Assembly (NCBI GenBank): GCA_964431965.1
Contig: CAYSLU010000013.1
Span: 899-64,898 of the forward strand
Reading direction: 5' to 3'
Length of the DNA: 64,000 nt
Source: an uncultured Verrucomicrobiota bacterium
GTDB lineage: Bacteria; Verrucomicrobiota; Kiritimatiellia; CAIKKV01; CAYSLU01
The notes below the pieces were generated by a model. It worked only from the letters and a program-made list of their open reading frames with translations. It searched no databases and was not told where the DNA came from. This document shows positions 17,257 through 26,818 of this stretch, piece after piece; positions within the stretch are counted from its first letter, which is position 1, and the number at the start of each line of letters is the position of its first letter. Position numbers and translations under genes: made by a program.

Positions 17257-19955
17257 GGTTTCTCCTCCTGCGTTGTCTGGGGTGTCGTCTTGCCGTGCTG
17301 AAACGCTGTTCGTCCGATGATGGTTTCCTCGACCGCGTCAATGACCCGGTCGCGATGCCGCGGATGGGCGACGACGCGGATGGCCAGGTCTAGGAAGACC
17401 CGCATGTGGGCGTCGGTCGGCGAGTCGGATGCCACGGCCACGATCGGCACCTCGCGGAGCGCGTCACTGCACTTCAGGCGGATGGCCTCATCGAAGCCGC
17501 TGTCCGCGTTGATGACGATGCAGCTCGGCCGCTGGGCTCCGGCTGTCGGCGGCGTCTCCTCGGGGTGCTCGCTCGCGACGAGGCGGTAGCCGAACCCGGC
17601 CAACTGGCGCTCCACGGGCTCGCGCGCGTCTCCGAGCGGCCCGGCGATCAGGATGAGCGGCGGCTCGGTGGGCGGCAGGCGGACGAGGACCTGCGTGCCG
17701 CCGGCTCGCCCGGGCGCGGGGCTCGTCACCGACAGGTCGCCGCCGTGCAGTCCGATGATTTCCTTCGATATGGCCAGCCCGAGGCCAGACCCCTGGGTGT
17801 GGGTGCCGGCCCGGAAGTAGCGCTCGCCGATCTTCGGCAGCGCATCGTGGGGAATGCCGACCCCGGTGTCGGTAACCGTCAGCAGCGGTGCGCCGGACGG
17901 ATCGCGCGACACGGCGACGGACACGGACCCGCCGGCTGGAGTGAACTTGATGGCATTTCCAATGATGTTGTAGATGACACGCTCGAGGCGGGCCGGGTCG
18001 CATTCCACGAAGCCCGCCCTGTTGTCGACGGCCAGCTCGACCGTCACCAGCTTCTCCTCCGCCTGAACGCGCAGGCTCTCGGCGCCGCGCGCGACGATCC
18101 GGGAGAAGGGGAGCCGGATCCGGGCCATCTGCTGGGCGATGGAGTCGGCCTGCCTCATGTCGAGGATCGCGTTGACCGTGTGCAGCATCCGCTGCGACTC
18201 GCCTTCCAGCATTTTGAGGTACCGGTAGGCGTTCTCCGGAAGCGGCCCCGCCACGCCCTTGAGCAGGTTCCGGGTGGCGTAGATGAAGCTCGCGAGCGGG
18301 GTCCGGAGCTCGTGCGACACGTTCGAGACGAACTCCGACCGGATCCGGTCGTGGTCCTGAAGCCGCTCGATCGCGCGGCGCAGATCGACCTCCATGTGCT
18401 TGCGGTCGGTGATGTCGCTCCACATGGCGTGGATCAGGTTCTTGCCCCGGATGGTGATGAGCCGACTGCTGACCAAGACGTCGCGCAGCTCCCCGTTCTG
18501 GCGCCGGAACCGGGTTTCGTAAACGTCACGCCCCTCGCGGGCCGCCTTCTCGATGTGGCGGAGCAGGCCGCTCGCCTCGGTGCCCGCGTCGAAGTCGGTG
18601 ATGCGCAGCCGGGCATACTCCTCGCGGGTGTAGCCGAGCGACTCGTGCGCGGGGTCGTTGAACTCGGCGATCTCCTCGGTCTGGGCGTCGAAGATCACGA
18701 TCGAGTCCGCGGCTTGGTCGAAGATCGTGTGGTACCGCTCCATCGCTTCGCGGAATGCGGCCTCCACCCGCCGGCGCTCGGTGATGTCCTCGGCCATGGT
18801 CAGCTGCCAGATCGGCCGTGCGTCGGCATCCCGGATCATGGACGTGGTGGTGGCGGACCACACGATGTCGCCGGAGCGGGTCACATAGCGCTTCTCGAGC
18901 TTGTAGAAGGGGATCTCGCTCGCCGCCAGCTGATCGGTGTAGACGGTCTCGGCGTGCAGGTCCGGAGGGAAGGTCAGGTCCTGGCTCCTCATCCCGACCA
19001 GCTCCGACTCGGCGAAGCCGAGCATGGCGCACATGCTGCTGTTGACCCTCAGGAAGCGGCCGTCGGGCCCGCTCATCCCCATCCCGATCGGGCTTTCCTC
19101 GAACACCTTGCGGAACCGCTCCTCGCTGTCCCGGAGCGCCTCCTCCCCCCGCCGGTACTCCGTCATGTCCGTGATCATGGCCAGCGAGCCGATGTACCGG
19201 CCCTGCTTGTCGGTCAGGGGGTTCGACGAGACCAGCGTCCAGACGGGCCCGCCGTCCCGCCGCCGGAAGAGGAAGTCGTGGTGCTCGGATATTCCCTGGC
19301 GACGGCGCTCCAGGTAGGCCACGGCCTCCCGCTGGCCGTCCTCGTCCATGAAGTCGAACATGGATGCGCCCAGCATGTCCTGCACGTCCACGCCCAGCAT
19401 GTCGGCCATCTTGGCATTGACGAACGTGGTCATGCCCGAGGCGTCGATGGCCCATATCCCTTCCTGCGCGGTCTCGATGATCTGCCGGTGCCACTCTTCG
19501 CGCTCGTGCAGCAGGTCCTCGATCCGGCGCCGCTCGCGGCGATCCTCGGCCTCGCGCAGCTCCCGCTCGATGGCGGGCGTCAGCCGCGACAGGTTGTCCT
19601 TCATGACGTAGTCCTGCGCGCCGGCCTTCATGGCGCGGACGGCGGCTTCCTCGCCGATGGCGCCGGACACAACGATGAAGGGCGTGCTGAGGCGCGCGCG
19701 GCGGCAGATGTCCAGCGCCGCGAGCGCGTCGAAGGCCGGCATGCTGTGGTCGGACAGGATCACGTCCCACTGGCCCCAGCCGATGGCGTCCTGCATCGCG
19801 AGCGCCGAATCCACGCGGTGGGCCGTCACCTCGTAACCGCCGCGGCGGAGCTCCCTCTGGATGAGCAGCGCGTCATCCTCGGAGTCCTCGATCATGAGGG
19901 CGCGCAGGGGCTTCAGGGGGGCGGCTTCCGGGGCGGTGGGATCCGGGGATGTCAC
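17253..19955 (-). CDS. hybrid sensor histidine kinase (REC-PAS-PAS-PAS-HisKA-HATPase with a degenerate C-terminal receiver-like region)
   Basis: The receiver has MIEDSEDD...ILSDHSMP. It carries three PAS-like segments, an H-box (VSHELRTPL) and a G-box (GSGLGLAISKEI). I place the start at GTG 19955-19953, preceded by a perfect AGGAGG 8 nt upstream, which makes a GTGA overlap with the upstream RR stop. An alternative ATG lies at 19895. Confidence 0.8.
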   Translation of the reverse strand: MTSPDPTAPEAAPLKPLRALMIEDSEDDALLIQRELRRGGYEVTAHRVDSALAMQDAIGWGQWDVILSDHSMPAFDALAALDICRRARLSTPFIVVSGAIGEEAAVRAMKAGAQDYVMKDNLSRLTPAIERELREAEDRRERRRIEDLLHEREEWHRQIIETAQEGIWAIDASGMTTFVNAKMADMLGVDVQDMLGASMFDFMDEDGQREAVAYLERRRQGISEHHDFLFRRRDGGPVWTLVSSNPLTDKQGRYIGSLAMITDMTEYRRGEEALRDSEERFRKVFEESPIGMGMSGPDGRFLRVNSSMCAMLGFAESELVGMRSQDLTFPPDLHAETVYTDQLAASEIPFYKLEKRYVTRSGDIVWSATTTSMIRDADARPIWQLTMAEDITERRRVEAAFREAMERYHTIFDQAADSIVIFDAQTEEIAEFNDPAHESLGYTREEYARLRITDFDAGTEASGLLRHIEKAAREGRDVYETRFRRQNGELRDVLVSSRLITIRGKNLIHAMWSDITDRKHMEVDLRRAIERLQDHDRIRSEFVSNVSHELRTPLASFIYATRNLLKGVAGPLPENAYRYLKMLEGESQRMLHTVNAILDMRQADSIAQQMARIRLPFSRIVARGAESLRVQAEEKLVTVELAVDNRAGFVECDPARLERVIYNIIGNAIKFTPAGGSVSVAVSRDPSGAPLLTVTDTGVGIPHDALPKIGERYFRAGTHTQGSGLGLAISKEIIGLHGGDLSVTSPAPGRAGGTQVLVRLPPTEPPLILIAGPLGDAREPVERQLAGFGYRLVASEHPEETPPTAGAQRPSCIVINADSGFDEAIRLKCSDALREVPIVAVASDSPTDAHMRVFLDLAIRVVAHPRHRDRVIDAVEETIIGRTAFQHGKTTPQTTQEEKP

Positions 19956-20428
19956 AGCGCAACCTCCTGGGCAGGCGCCGCCCCTTGGGGGACAGGCGGC
20001 TGTTCGTTGAGCGTGAGCCAGTACAGCCGGAGGGCGGTCACCACACTCATGAACTCCGTGAAATCGATCGGCTTGCGCACGTAGCTGTTGCACCCGAGCC
20101 GGTAGCTTCGGAGCAGGTCGGTCTCCGTCTGGGACGAGGTGAGGATGACCACCGGCAGCAGCTGGGTGCGCGGGTCCGACCGGAGGCGCCGCAGCACCTC
20201 CAGGCCGTCGATCCGGGGGAGTTTCAGGTCAAGGAGGACCAGCCCGGGCAGATCGTTCGGGTTCCGCCCGGCGTACCCGCCGGTCCCGAAGAGGTAGTCC
20301 AGCGCCTCGGCGCCATCCCGCACCACCGCGACGGGGGGGGCGAGCTTGTGCTGACGGAACGCCCTCAGCGTGAGGTCCGCGTCGTCCGCGTTGTCTTCCA
20401 CCAGAAGGATTGAGGATTGAGTCGCCAT
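19952..20428 (-). CDS. single-domain CheY-like response regulator
   Basis: It starts MATQSSILLVEDNADDADL and has VLLDLKLP (phospho-Asp) and SYVRKP (conserved Lys). An SD-like GGGAGGAG sits 5 nt upstream of the ATG at 20428. The 281-aa track ORF has an N-terminal noise extension. Confidence 0.85.
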   Translation of the reverse strand: MATQSSILLVEDNADDADLTLRAFRQHKLAPPVAVVRDGAEALDYLFGTGGYAGRNPNDLPGLVLLDLKLPRIDGLEVLRRLRSDPRTQLLPVVILTSSQTETDLLRSYRLGCNSYVRKPIDFTEFMSVVTALRLYWLTLNEQPPVPQGAAPAQEVAL

Positions 20429-20480
20429 ACGCTCCTCCCGGGTCATCGGGGGACAAACCCCACGAATCGACGACGCGCGG

Positions 20481-22589
20481 TCATGCGGCCTCCTGCGCCG
20501 GAGCGGGAGGCCCCGGCAGCGTGAAGTAGAACGTCGCGCCCTCGCCGGACTGGCCTTCGGCCCAGACCCGTCCCCCGAGCCGGTGGATCGCCCGCTGCAC
20601 GGTCGCCAGCCCGATGCCGGTCCCGGCGAACTCGCCGGGCGCGTGCAGTCGCTGGAACGCCCCGAACAGCTTGTCCGCATAGCGCATGTCAAAGCCGACG
20701 CCATTGTCCCGCACGAAGAACGCGCGGCCGTCGCCGTCGCCCGTCCGTCCGACTTCAATGCGCGCATCCGCCCGCCTGGCCGTGAACTTCCATGCATTGC
20801 CGATCAGGTTGGAAAGCGCGATCCTCAGCAGGCGCGCGTCAGCGATGGCACGGAGCCCGGCCTCCGGGACGAACGTCACCTGCCGATCCGGTGCCTCCGC
20901 CCGCACATCCTCGAAGGCGTCCGCGGCGATGGCGCCGACGTCAACCAGCTGCCACGCCACGTCGCTGCGCGTGACGCGGGAGAGCGAGAGCAGGGCGTCG
21001 ATCAGCTGGCCCATGTGCTGGGCCGCCGCCCGCACTCGGGCCAGATCGGCGGCTCCCGCCGGGATCAGCCGGTCGCCGCAGTCCTCCTCGAGCGCCTGTC
21101 CGAAGCCGTCGATCGCGCGGAGCGGCGCCCGCAGGTCGTGCGACACGGAGTAGGCGAAGGACTCGAGCTCCCGGTTGATGCTGTCGAGCTCGGCCGTGCG
21201 CGCCTGGACGCGGCGCTCGAGGTCCGCGTTGAGATTCCGCAGCCCGGCCTCGGCGGCTCGCTTGTCGGTGATGTCGATCCCGGTCCCGATGACGTACTGC
21301 ACGGCCCCGTCGGGGCCGACGATGCAGGTGTTGGACCAGTCGATCCACCGGCGCTCGCCGCTCCGTCGGAGCCAGTGGTTCTCGTGCCGGCTCGGGAAGT
21401 CGCCCGCCCGGAGCCGCTGGAAGATCCGCCGCACCTCGCCGACCTCTTCGGGCGCGAGGAACAGATCCCAGAAGGGCCGGCCGACGACCTCCGCGAACGT
21501 GTAGCCCGTGGTCTGCTCGCATGCGCGGTTGAACCGGGCTATCCGGCCTTCGGGGTCGAGAACCACGACCAGGGCGCCGACGGTCTCGGTCAGCGCCGCC
21601 AGGAAATCCCGCTCGTCCCGGAGCTCGCACTCGCTCTGGAACCGCGCGCCGATCTCCCGGACCAGGTCGTCGTTGGCCTGCCGGAGCTGAGCGGTCCGCG
21701 CCTGCACCTGCTGCTCCAGCTCGGCGTTGAGCCGGCTGACCTCTTGGGCGCTCTCCTCCAGCCGCTGCTCGCTGCAGTGGATGGAGCGGGCGCTGGTCCA
21801 GATGAGGGCGGCGAGCAAGGCGGTGACGGCGGTGGTCATTAGCGTTAGCCCGAACTCAGTGCCGTAGAGGCTGGCGCGCTCGCCTGCGATGCGGAGCCAG
21901 CCGAGCGCGACGGGGATCAGGACCGCCGCGGGGATAAGGCGGCGCAGCATGGAGCCCGACAGGCTGCGGCTGGCGAGCACGCGCACGAGGGTGGCGTCCG
22001 GGGTCATGGCCATCGAGCCGACCGCCAGCGCCAGAACCATCGCGATCCCCGGCGTGGGGATGGCCAGGTGCGCGGCGATGCCGTCGTCGGAGCGGTTCCC
22101 ATACAGGTGCTGGATGGCGGCGATGAAGGCGATGCCGGCGGCCGCGAGCGCGGGGAGGGCGATCAGGCGGGGGCGGATGCGGGCGGAGCCCAGCAGCAGG
22201 GCCCCCGCCGCGAGTGCGATCGCGGCATGGGTGGCGGCCGCCGGAGCGCCATGCTCGGCGGTGGCGGCTCCAACGCGCGCAGCCAGTGCGCACTGAGCGG
22301 AGCCGAAGGCGCCCAGCACGAAAGCGGCTCCGGCGAGACAGGCGGCAGCCGCGTCGCCGGTTGCACTCTGCCCGTTCGCGCGGCCCCGTGCCTGCACGGC
22401 GAGCGCGATGCCGCACAGGCAGAACTCGAGCGTCACCGCTCCGCACGGGATGGGGGAGCGCCCGGCGGCGGCCCACGCCAGGGCGCCGGCCGATACCGCG
22501 ATGCCCGCCGTTCCGGCCAGGAGCCCGGCGTGCCGCCCGGCCGAGAGCAGCGCGGCGTCCAGGATCGCCATGGGGTTCGGGAGTCTCAT
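20481..22589 (-). CDS. membrane-anchored PAS sensor histidine kinase
   Basis: The in-frame ATG at 22589 (MRLPNPMAILD...) forms an ATGA overlap with the upstream gene's stop. About 280 aa of multi-helix hydrophobic sensor region are followed by a coiled coil, a PAS domain, an H-box (VSHDLRAPL) and an HATPase (GTGIGLATV). The first 378 aa of the 1080-aa track ORF are noise. Confidence 0.8.
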   Translation of the reverse strand: MRLPNPMAILDAALLSAGRHAGLLAGTAGIAVSAGALAWAAAGRSPIPCGAVTLEFCLCGIALAVQARGRANGQSATGDAAAACLAGAAFVLGAFGSAQCALAARVGAATAEHGAPAAATHAAIALAAGALLLGSARIRPRLIALPALAAAGIAFIAAIQHLYGNRSDDGIAAHLAIPTPGIAMVLALAVGSMAMTPDATLVRVLASRSLSGSMLRRLIPAAVLIPVALGWLRIAGERASLYGTEFGLTLMTTAVTALLAALIWTSARSIHCSEQRLEESAQEVSRLNAELEQQVQARTAQLRQANDDLVREIGARFQSECELRDERDFLAALTETVGALVVVLDPEGRIARFNRACEQTTGYTFAEVVGRPFWDLFLAPEEVGEVRRIFQRLRAGDFPSRHENHWLRRSGERRWIDWSNTCIVGPDGAVQYVIGTGIDITDKRAAEAGLRNLNADLERRVQARTAELDSINRELESFAYSVSHDLRAPLRAIDGFGQALEEDCGDRLIPAGAADLARVRAAAQHMGQLIDALLSLSRVTRSDVAWQLVDVGAIAADAFEDVRAEAPDRQVTFVPEAGLRAIADARLLRIALSNLIGNAWKFTARRADARIEVGRTGDGDGRAFFVRDNGVGFDMRYADKLFGAFQRLHAPGEFAGTGIGLATVQRAIHRLGGRVWAEGQSGEGATFYFTLPGPPAPAQEAA

Positions 22590-23701
22590 GCCTCCGCCCC
22601 TCCCGATGGCTGGGTGCCGGGCGCGCCGGCGGGGGAGGGGAACTGGAACTCGAACGACAGGCCGGCGCGCCGCCCGATCGTCATCGTTCCGTGGAGCTGC
22701 TCGCTCAGGGTTCGGACGAGGTTGAGCCCGAACGAGTGGTCCCGCTCGGAGTCCAGCCCCGGCGGCAGTCCGCAGCCGTTGTCCGCCACGCCGAGGTGAA
22801 GCACCCCGTCGCGCGAGTGGAGCGAGAGGCGAATCTCGCGGGACGCCCGCCGAGGCTTGCCGTCGCCCGGCTCCGGCGGGAAGGCGTACTTCATCGCGTT
22901 CGACACGAGCTCGGTGATGATCAGGCCGCAGGGGATGGCCGTGTTGATGTCGAGCTCGACGTCCTCGCACTCGTATCGGAGCGCGATTCCCCGCGCGAGG
23001 GCGCCGTGCGAGCGGACGAGCTCGTCCCCGAGGCTGCGGATGTAGGCGGCGAACGAGATGCGCGTGAAGTCCTGGGACTCGTACAACTTTTCGTGCAACA
23101 GAGCCATGGATCGGACGCGGTTGCGCAGGTCCATGAACCGGTCCAGGTCGCGGCGGTTCTTGACGAATCGGGCCTCCATGTTGACGAGGCTGCAGATGAT
23201 CTGCAGGTTGTTCTTCACGCGGTGGTGAATCTCGGTGATCAGGATCTCCTTCTCCCGAAGGGATGCCTTGAGCCGCTCCTCGGCCGACCGCCGCTCCTGC
23301 CGCACCCTCGCTTCGCGCAGCTCGCGCTCGACCACCGAGAGCAGCCGCGCGGTGTGCCCCTTCATCAGGAAGTCGTGGGCGCCCGACTTCATGTCCGCCA
23401 CGGCGCGCTCTTCGCCGATGACGCCGGAGACGATCACGAACGGGATGTCGAGTTGGCGGGCGGTGATGATCGCCAGGGCCTCGGTTGACGAGAAGCTCGG
23501 CAGGCTGTGGTCGGCGAAGACGAAGTCCCACCCGCCGGCGTCCAGGGCGGCGGTGAGGGCGGCCGCCGTCTCGACCCGGAGGTGATCGACGGCATAGCCG
23601 CCCCGCTGGAGCTCGCGCAGCAGGAGGAACGCGTCGTCCTCGCTGTCCTCGACGATCAGCACGCGTAACGGCTTCGCTTCGGCGTGAACATCGGCATCCA
23701 T
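22586..23701 (-). CDS. receiver-domain histidine kinase of HisKA_2/HWE type (REC + HWE kinase)
   Basis: The N-terminal REC (LIVEDSEDD...FADHSLP...MKSGAHDFLMK) is a close paralog of the REC in the 17253-19955 kinase. HHRVKNNLQIICSLV is the HisKA_2 H-box. An HATPase_c_2 domain is at the C-terminus. Confidence 0.8.
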   Translation of the reverse strand: MDADVHAEAKPLRVLIVEDSEDDAFLLLRELQRGGYAVDHLRVETAAALTAALDAGGWDFVFADHSLPSFSSTEALAIITARQLDIPFVIVSGVIGEERAVADMKSGAHDFLMKGHTARLLSVVERELREARVRQERRSAEERLKASLREKEILITEIHHRVKNNLQIICSLVNMEARFVKNRRDLDRFMDLRNRVRSMALLHEKLYESQDFTRISFAAYIRSLGDELVRSHGALARGIALRYECEDVELDINTAIPCGLIITELVSNAMKYAFPPEPGDGKPRRASREIRLSLHSRDGVLHLGVADNGCGLPPGLDSERDHSFGLNLVRTLSEQLHGTMTIGRRAGLSFEFQFPSPAGAPGTQPSGGAEA

Positions 23702-23765
23702 CGTCCACCTCCGCGCCCGGCATCCCTCCCGTCCGGCACGCCCCCTCCCCATCGGTCCCGCCTCC

Positions 23766-24218
23766 TCAGGCGCTTCGGTCCGGGGGTGGCGGGATCTCGT
23801 TGAGCACGAGCCAGTAGAGCCCGAGCTGCTTCACGGCGTCCATGAACTGGCCAAAGTCCACCGGCTTGACCACGTAGCTGTTGCAGCCCAGCCGATAGCT
23901 CTCGGCCAGATCCCGCTCCTCCTTGGATGTCGTCAGCATGACGATCGGAAGGAGCCGGGTCCGGGGATCGGACCGGAGCCGGGACAGGACTTCCAGGCCG
24001 CTGATCCGCGGGAGCTTCAGGTCGAGCAGAACGACCGCCGGCAGGTCGTACGGGTCGCGCCCGGCGTGCGCGCCCTCGGCGAAGAGGTAGTCGAGCGCTT
24101 CCTCGCCGTCCCGGCAGACCACCAGGTCGTTGGCGATGCTGTTCTTCTTGAATGCCCGCCGCGTGAGCTCCACATCGTCCGGCGTGTCTTCGACGAGCAG
24201 GATATGCGAACGCTTCAT
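23766..24218 (-). CDS. single-domain CheY-like response regulator, paralog of 19952-20428
   Basis: It starts MKRSHILLVEDTPDD and has VLLDLKLP and SYVVKPVDF. It is about 60% identical by eye to the 19952-20428 protein. Confidence 0.85.
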   Translation of the reverse strand: MKRSHILLVEDTPDDVELTRRAFKKNSIANDLVVCRDGEEALDYLFAEGAHAGRDPYDLPAVVLLDLKLPRISGLEVLSRLRSDPRTRLLPIVMLTTSKEERDLAESYRLGCNSYVVKPVDFGQFMDAVKQLGLYWLVLNEIPPPPDRSA

Positions 24219-24449
24219 CCGGTCTCCCCCGCTGAGTCGCCGCGCAATCGATCCGACGACATTACCCGCCAGCTGCCGTGATTCTGATAACGAGAGGGGT
24301 GAGTTGGCAACAACTATTTACACCGCTCTGGCTCGCGCCCGCTGCGCGTCAGAAACGCCCCGGAAAGACGTTGGCCGGCGGGCCGCCGGGACCTATGCTA
24401 CGGGCTTTCGGCCGCTGTCGAGCAGGCGGCTGACGACGCGGGAGGATCC

Positions 24450-25409
24450 ATGAAGCTATCGGTCTATGAGCCGCTCGCGCACTATGCGGACATACGCGGG
24501 CTGTGGGAACGGGCGCTGGGCGGAACCTATCCGGTGAGCGAGCGCGTCCTGTGGCCGCGCGTGGCCGCCCGGGTCACGCAGGAGCCGGGCGATGGGGTGG
24601 TGGCCGAAGCCGGCGGGCGGGTGGTCGGATTCGCTCTGGCGGAGATCGATCGGGCGCCTCTTCGCCCGACGGATACCGGCTCCGTGCAGGTCCTGATGGT
24701 GGACCCGGAGCACCGGCGCCAGGGGATCGCCGCGGCCCTGCTCGAGCGTCTCCATGCGAGGCTCGCCGGCGCAGGGTGCCGCCAGGCCATGGTGGGCACC
24801 GGGCTGCACCGATTCTGGAGCGGCGTGCCCGTGGACCTCGCGGACGCCGGCCGGTTCTTTGAGCGTCACGGCTATAGCGTGAGCTATGAAGCGATCGACA
24901 TGTACGGCGCGTGGTCCGGGTTTCGAATGGAGGACCGGTGTCGCGCCCGGCTGTGTGAGCACCGGGTCGAGGTGGGTGCGGTCACGGACGCCGACGTCGG
25001 CTCGTTCTACGACTTCCTGTCGCGTGAGCAGCCGGGGTGGCGGGCGTCCATGCTGGCCATGGTCCATGCCGGAGACATGGACCACCTGGTCTTCCTGCGC
25101 GTCGGAGCGGAAGTCGTCGGCGCGATACAGACCTTCTCGCCCCGCAGCCGGTTCCGCGCGGCCAACCTGGTCTGGGAGCGGCTGTACGGCGAGCAGATGG
25201 GCGGGTTCGGCGCCGTGTTGATCGCCAACGCGTGGCGGGGGAAGGGGCTGGGCACATGCCTCTGCCAGGCCGCGGCGGAGCATATTGCCGCGCGCGGCGC
25301 GACCGGGTGCTTCATCGACTGGACGTCACACGCCCGGGCACCCCTGTACCGGAAGGTGGGCACGGAGGTGTGCCGCACCAACCGCATGTATCTCAGGGCG
25401 CTGGTCTGA
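24450..25409 (+). CDS. GNAT-family N-acetyltransferase, apparently with two GNAT-like halves
   Basis: VDPEHRRQGIAAALL and ANAWRGKGLGTCL are Q/RxxGxG/A acetyl-CoA binding motifs. Length is 319 aa. Confidence 0.65.
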   Translation: MKLSVYEPLAHYADIRGLWERALGGTYPVSERVLWPRVAARVTQEPGDGVVAEAGGRVVGFALAEIDRAPLRPTDTGSVQVLMVDPEHRRQGIAAALLERLHARLAGAGCRQAMVGTGLHRFWSGVPVDLADAGRFFERHGYSVSYEAIDMYGAWSGFRMEDRCRARLCEHRVEVGAVTDADVGSFYDFLSREQPGWRASMLAMVHAGDMDHLVFLRVGAEVVGAIQTFSPRSRFRAANLVWERLYGEQMGGFGAVLIANAWRGKGLGTCLCQAAAEHIAARGATGCFIDWTSHARAPLYRKVGTEVCRTNRMYLRALV

Positions 25410-26817
25410 CCGCACGCCGCGCGATCGTCCGCCACGCCTCCTCCGCGTCCGGCAGGAGCGAGAACAGGACGAAGAGGCCGGCCGGCACGAGGTGCGAGAA
25501 GAGCCGGTCGATGGTCGTCCGGACGTGCCACGCCAGGTCGTGCGGAGTCAGCAGCAGGACGAGCAGGTAGGCGAGCGCGGTCGCGGCGAGCGCGGCCGCC
25601 GGAGCGGCCAGCGCGCGGGACGGACGCAGGGCGCGAAGGGCGAGCATGACGACGATCGACGCCGCGAGCGCGATTTCCCACGGCCGGAGCAGGAGGGCGC
25701 GCAGGCCGTCCAGCAGGATCCGGTAGCGGAGCGGATCGGCCAGGCGGCCGAGCGTGGCTGACGGATCGGCGCACCATGCCGCCATGAGGTCGTTCGCCGG
25801 GGCGCCGGCGGCCTTGGCTGAAAGCGCGGGCATCAGCGCGGGTAGTGAGCCCAGCACAAAGCACGCAAGCGCCCGGAACTCGGCCTTGCGGCGGGGGCCG
25901 ACGAGCACGCGCCTGCCGAGGATGGCCAGCAGAACACCGAGCGGAATCAGCCCCTCGTTCTTGGCCGATGCGGCGAAGCCGGCGAAGAACCCGGCGAGGG
26001 CGGCCAGCGCGTTTCCGCGGGTTCCGCCGGTGTCCCGCATGTGCAGGAACACGACGGCGCCCAGCAGCCCGTAGGCAACGAAGTTGTCGGCGTACTGCCA
26101 GGACGCGAAGATCCACGTCCACGAGGCCGTCGCGAGGAACATGCCGGCCAGCATGCCGTTCCAGCGGCCGGCGCGGCGAGCGATCCCCGCCGCCAGGAGC
26201 AGCGCGGCGGCGAGCAGGACGGCGACCTGGATCGCGATGGGGATGAGCGGGGTCTCCATGCCGCCGACCGTCCATCCGCGCGCGACGCTGAGCGGGAGCA
26301 GGGGCGGGTACTCCGAATGGGACACCAGCGGAGAGAAGATGTCGGCCCAGTGTGCCCCGCCGTCCCGAACCAGCATCCGGGCCCGCATGTTCCAGATGGC
26401 CCAGGCATCCCACTGGCCGTGCGGGCTGAGCAGTGCGACAAGGAACGCGGAGACGCAGCCGACGGCCAGCGTGAACGCGAAGAGAGCGACGAGCGTGCGC
26501 TGGGGGGCAGGCGGGGCGTCGGAGCGGTCGGGACTGCCGGACCCGTCCGACCGGCCAGACGGGCGGCGCCGCCAGGCGAGGGCGGCGGCCAGGGCGAGCA
26601 CGGCCGCGCACTCCGCGGCCAGCGTCAGCGGTCGGCTGGGGCCGCACGTGGCGACCCACGCGAGGAACGCGGTGGAGGTCAGGCCCAGGCCGATGCCGAA
26701 GCCGGCGGCCAGTTGCATCGCGCGGCGCCAGGGAGCGCGCGAGTCCGGAACGCCCAGAAGCGCGAGGATGCACCAGCCGATGAGCAGCGGGAGTACGATG
26801 ACCGGAAGGGCGTACAC
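25393..26817 (-). CDS. polytopic membrane protein, putative GT39/ArnT-like glycosyltransferase
   Basis: The start is a GTG at 26817 with GGAAGGAG upstream. The protein has more than 10 predicted TM helices. The 588-aa ORF at 25007-26773 in another frame is Arg/Pro noise. Confidence 0.6.
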   Translation of the reverse strand: MYALPVIVLPLLIGWCILALLGVPDSRAPWRRAMQLAAGFGIGLGLTSTAFLAWVATCGPSRPLTLAAECAAVLALAAALAWRRRPSGRSDGSGSPDRSDAPPAPQRTLVALFAFTLAVGCVSAFLVALLSPHGQWDAWAIWNMRARMLVRDGGAHWADIFSPLVSHSEYPPLLPLSVARGWTVGGMETPLIPIAIQVAVLLAAALLLAAGIARRAGRWNGMLAGMFLATASWTWIFASWQYADNFVAYGLLGAVVFLHMRDTGGTRGNALAALAGFFAGFAASAKNEGLIPLGVLLAILGRRVLVGPRRKAEFRALACFVLGSLPALMPALSAKAAGAPANDLMAAWCADPSATLGRLADPLRYRILLDGLRALLLRPWEIALAASIVVMLALRALRPSRALAAPAAALAATALAYLLVLLLTPHDLAWHVRTTIDRLFSHLVPAGLFVLFSLLPDAEEAWRTIARRAVRPAP

Positions 26818-26818
26818 C

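Noticed and set aside
20481-23723. A 1080-aa ORF treated as one kinase
   Set aside because: Its N-terminal 378 aa overlap the REC-HWE kinase gene in another frame. The true start is the ATG at 22589, forming an ATGA junction.
24290-24325. TTGGCAACAACTATTTACAC read as a sigma-54 promoter
   Set aside because: TGGCA is present, but the -12 element at the correct spacing reads ATTTA rather than TTGC. The match is too weak to call.
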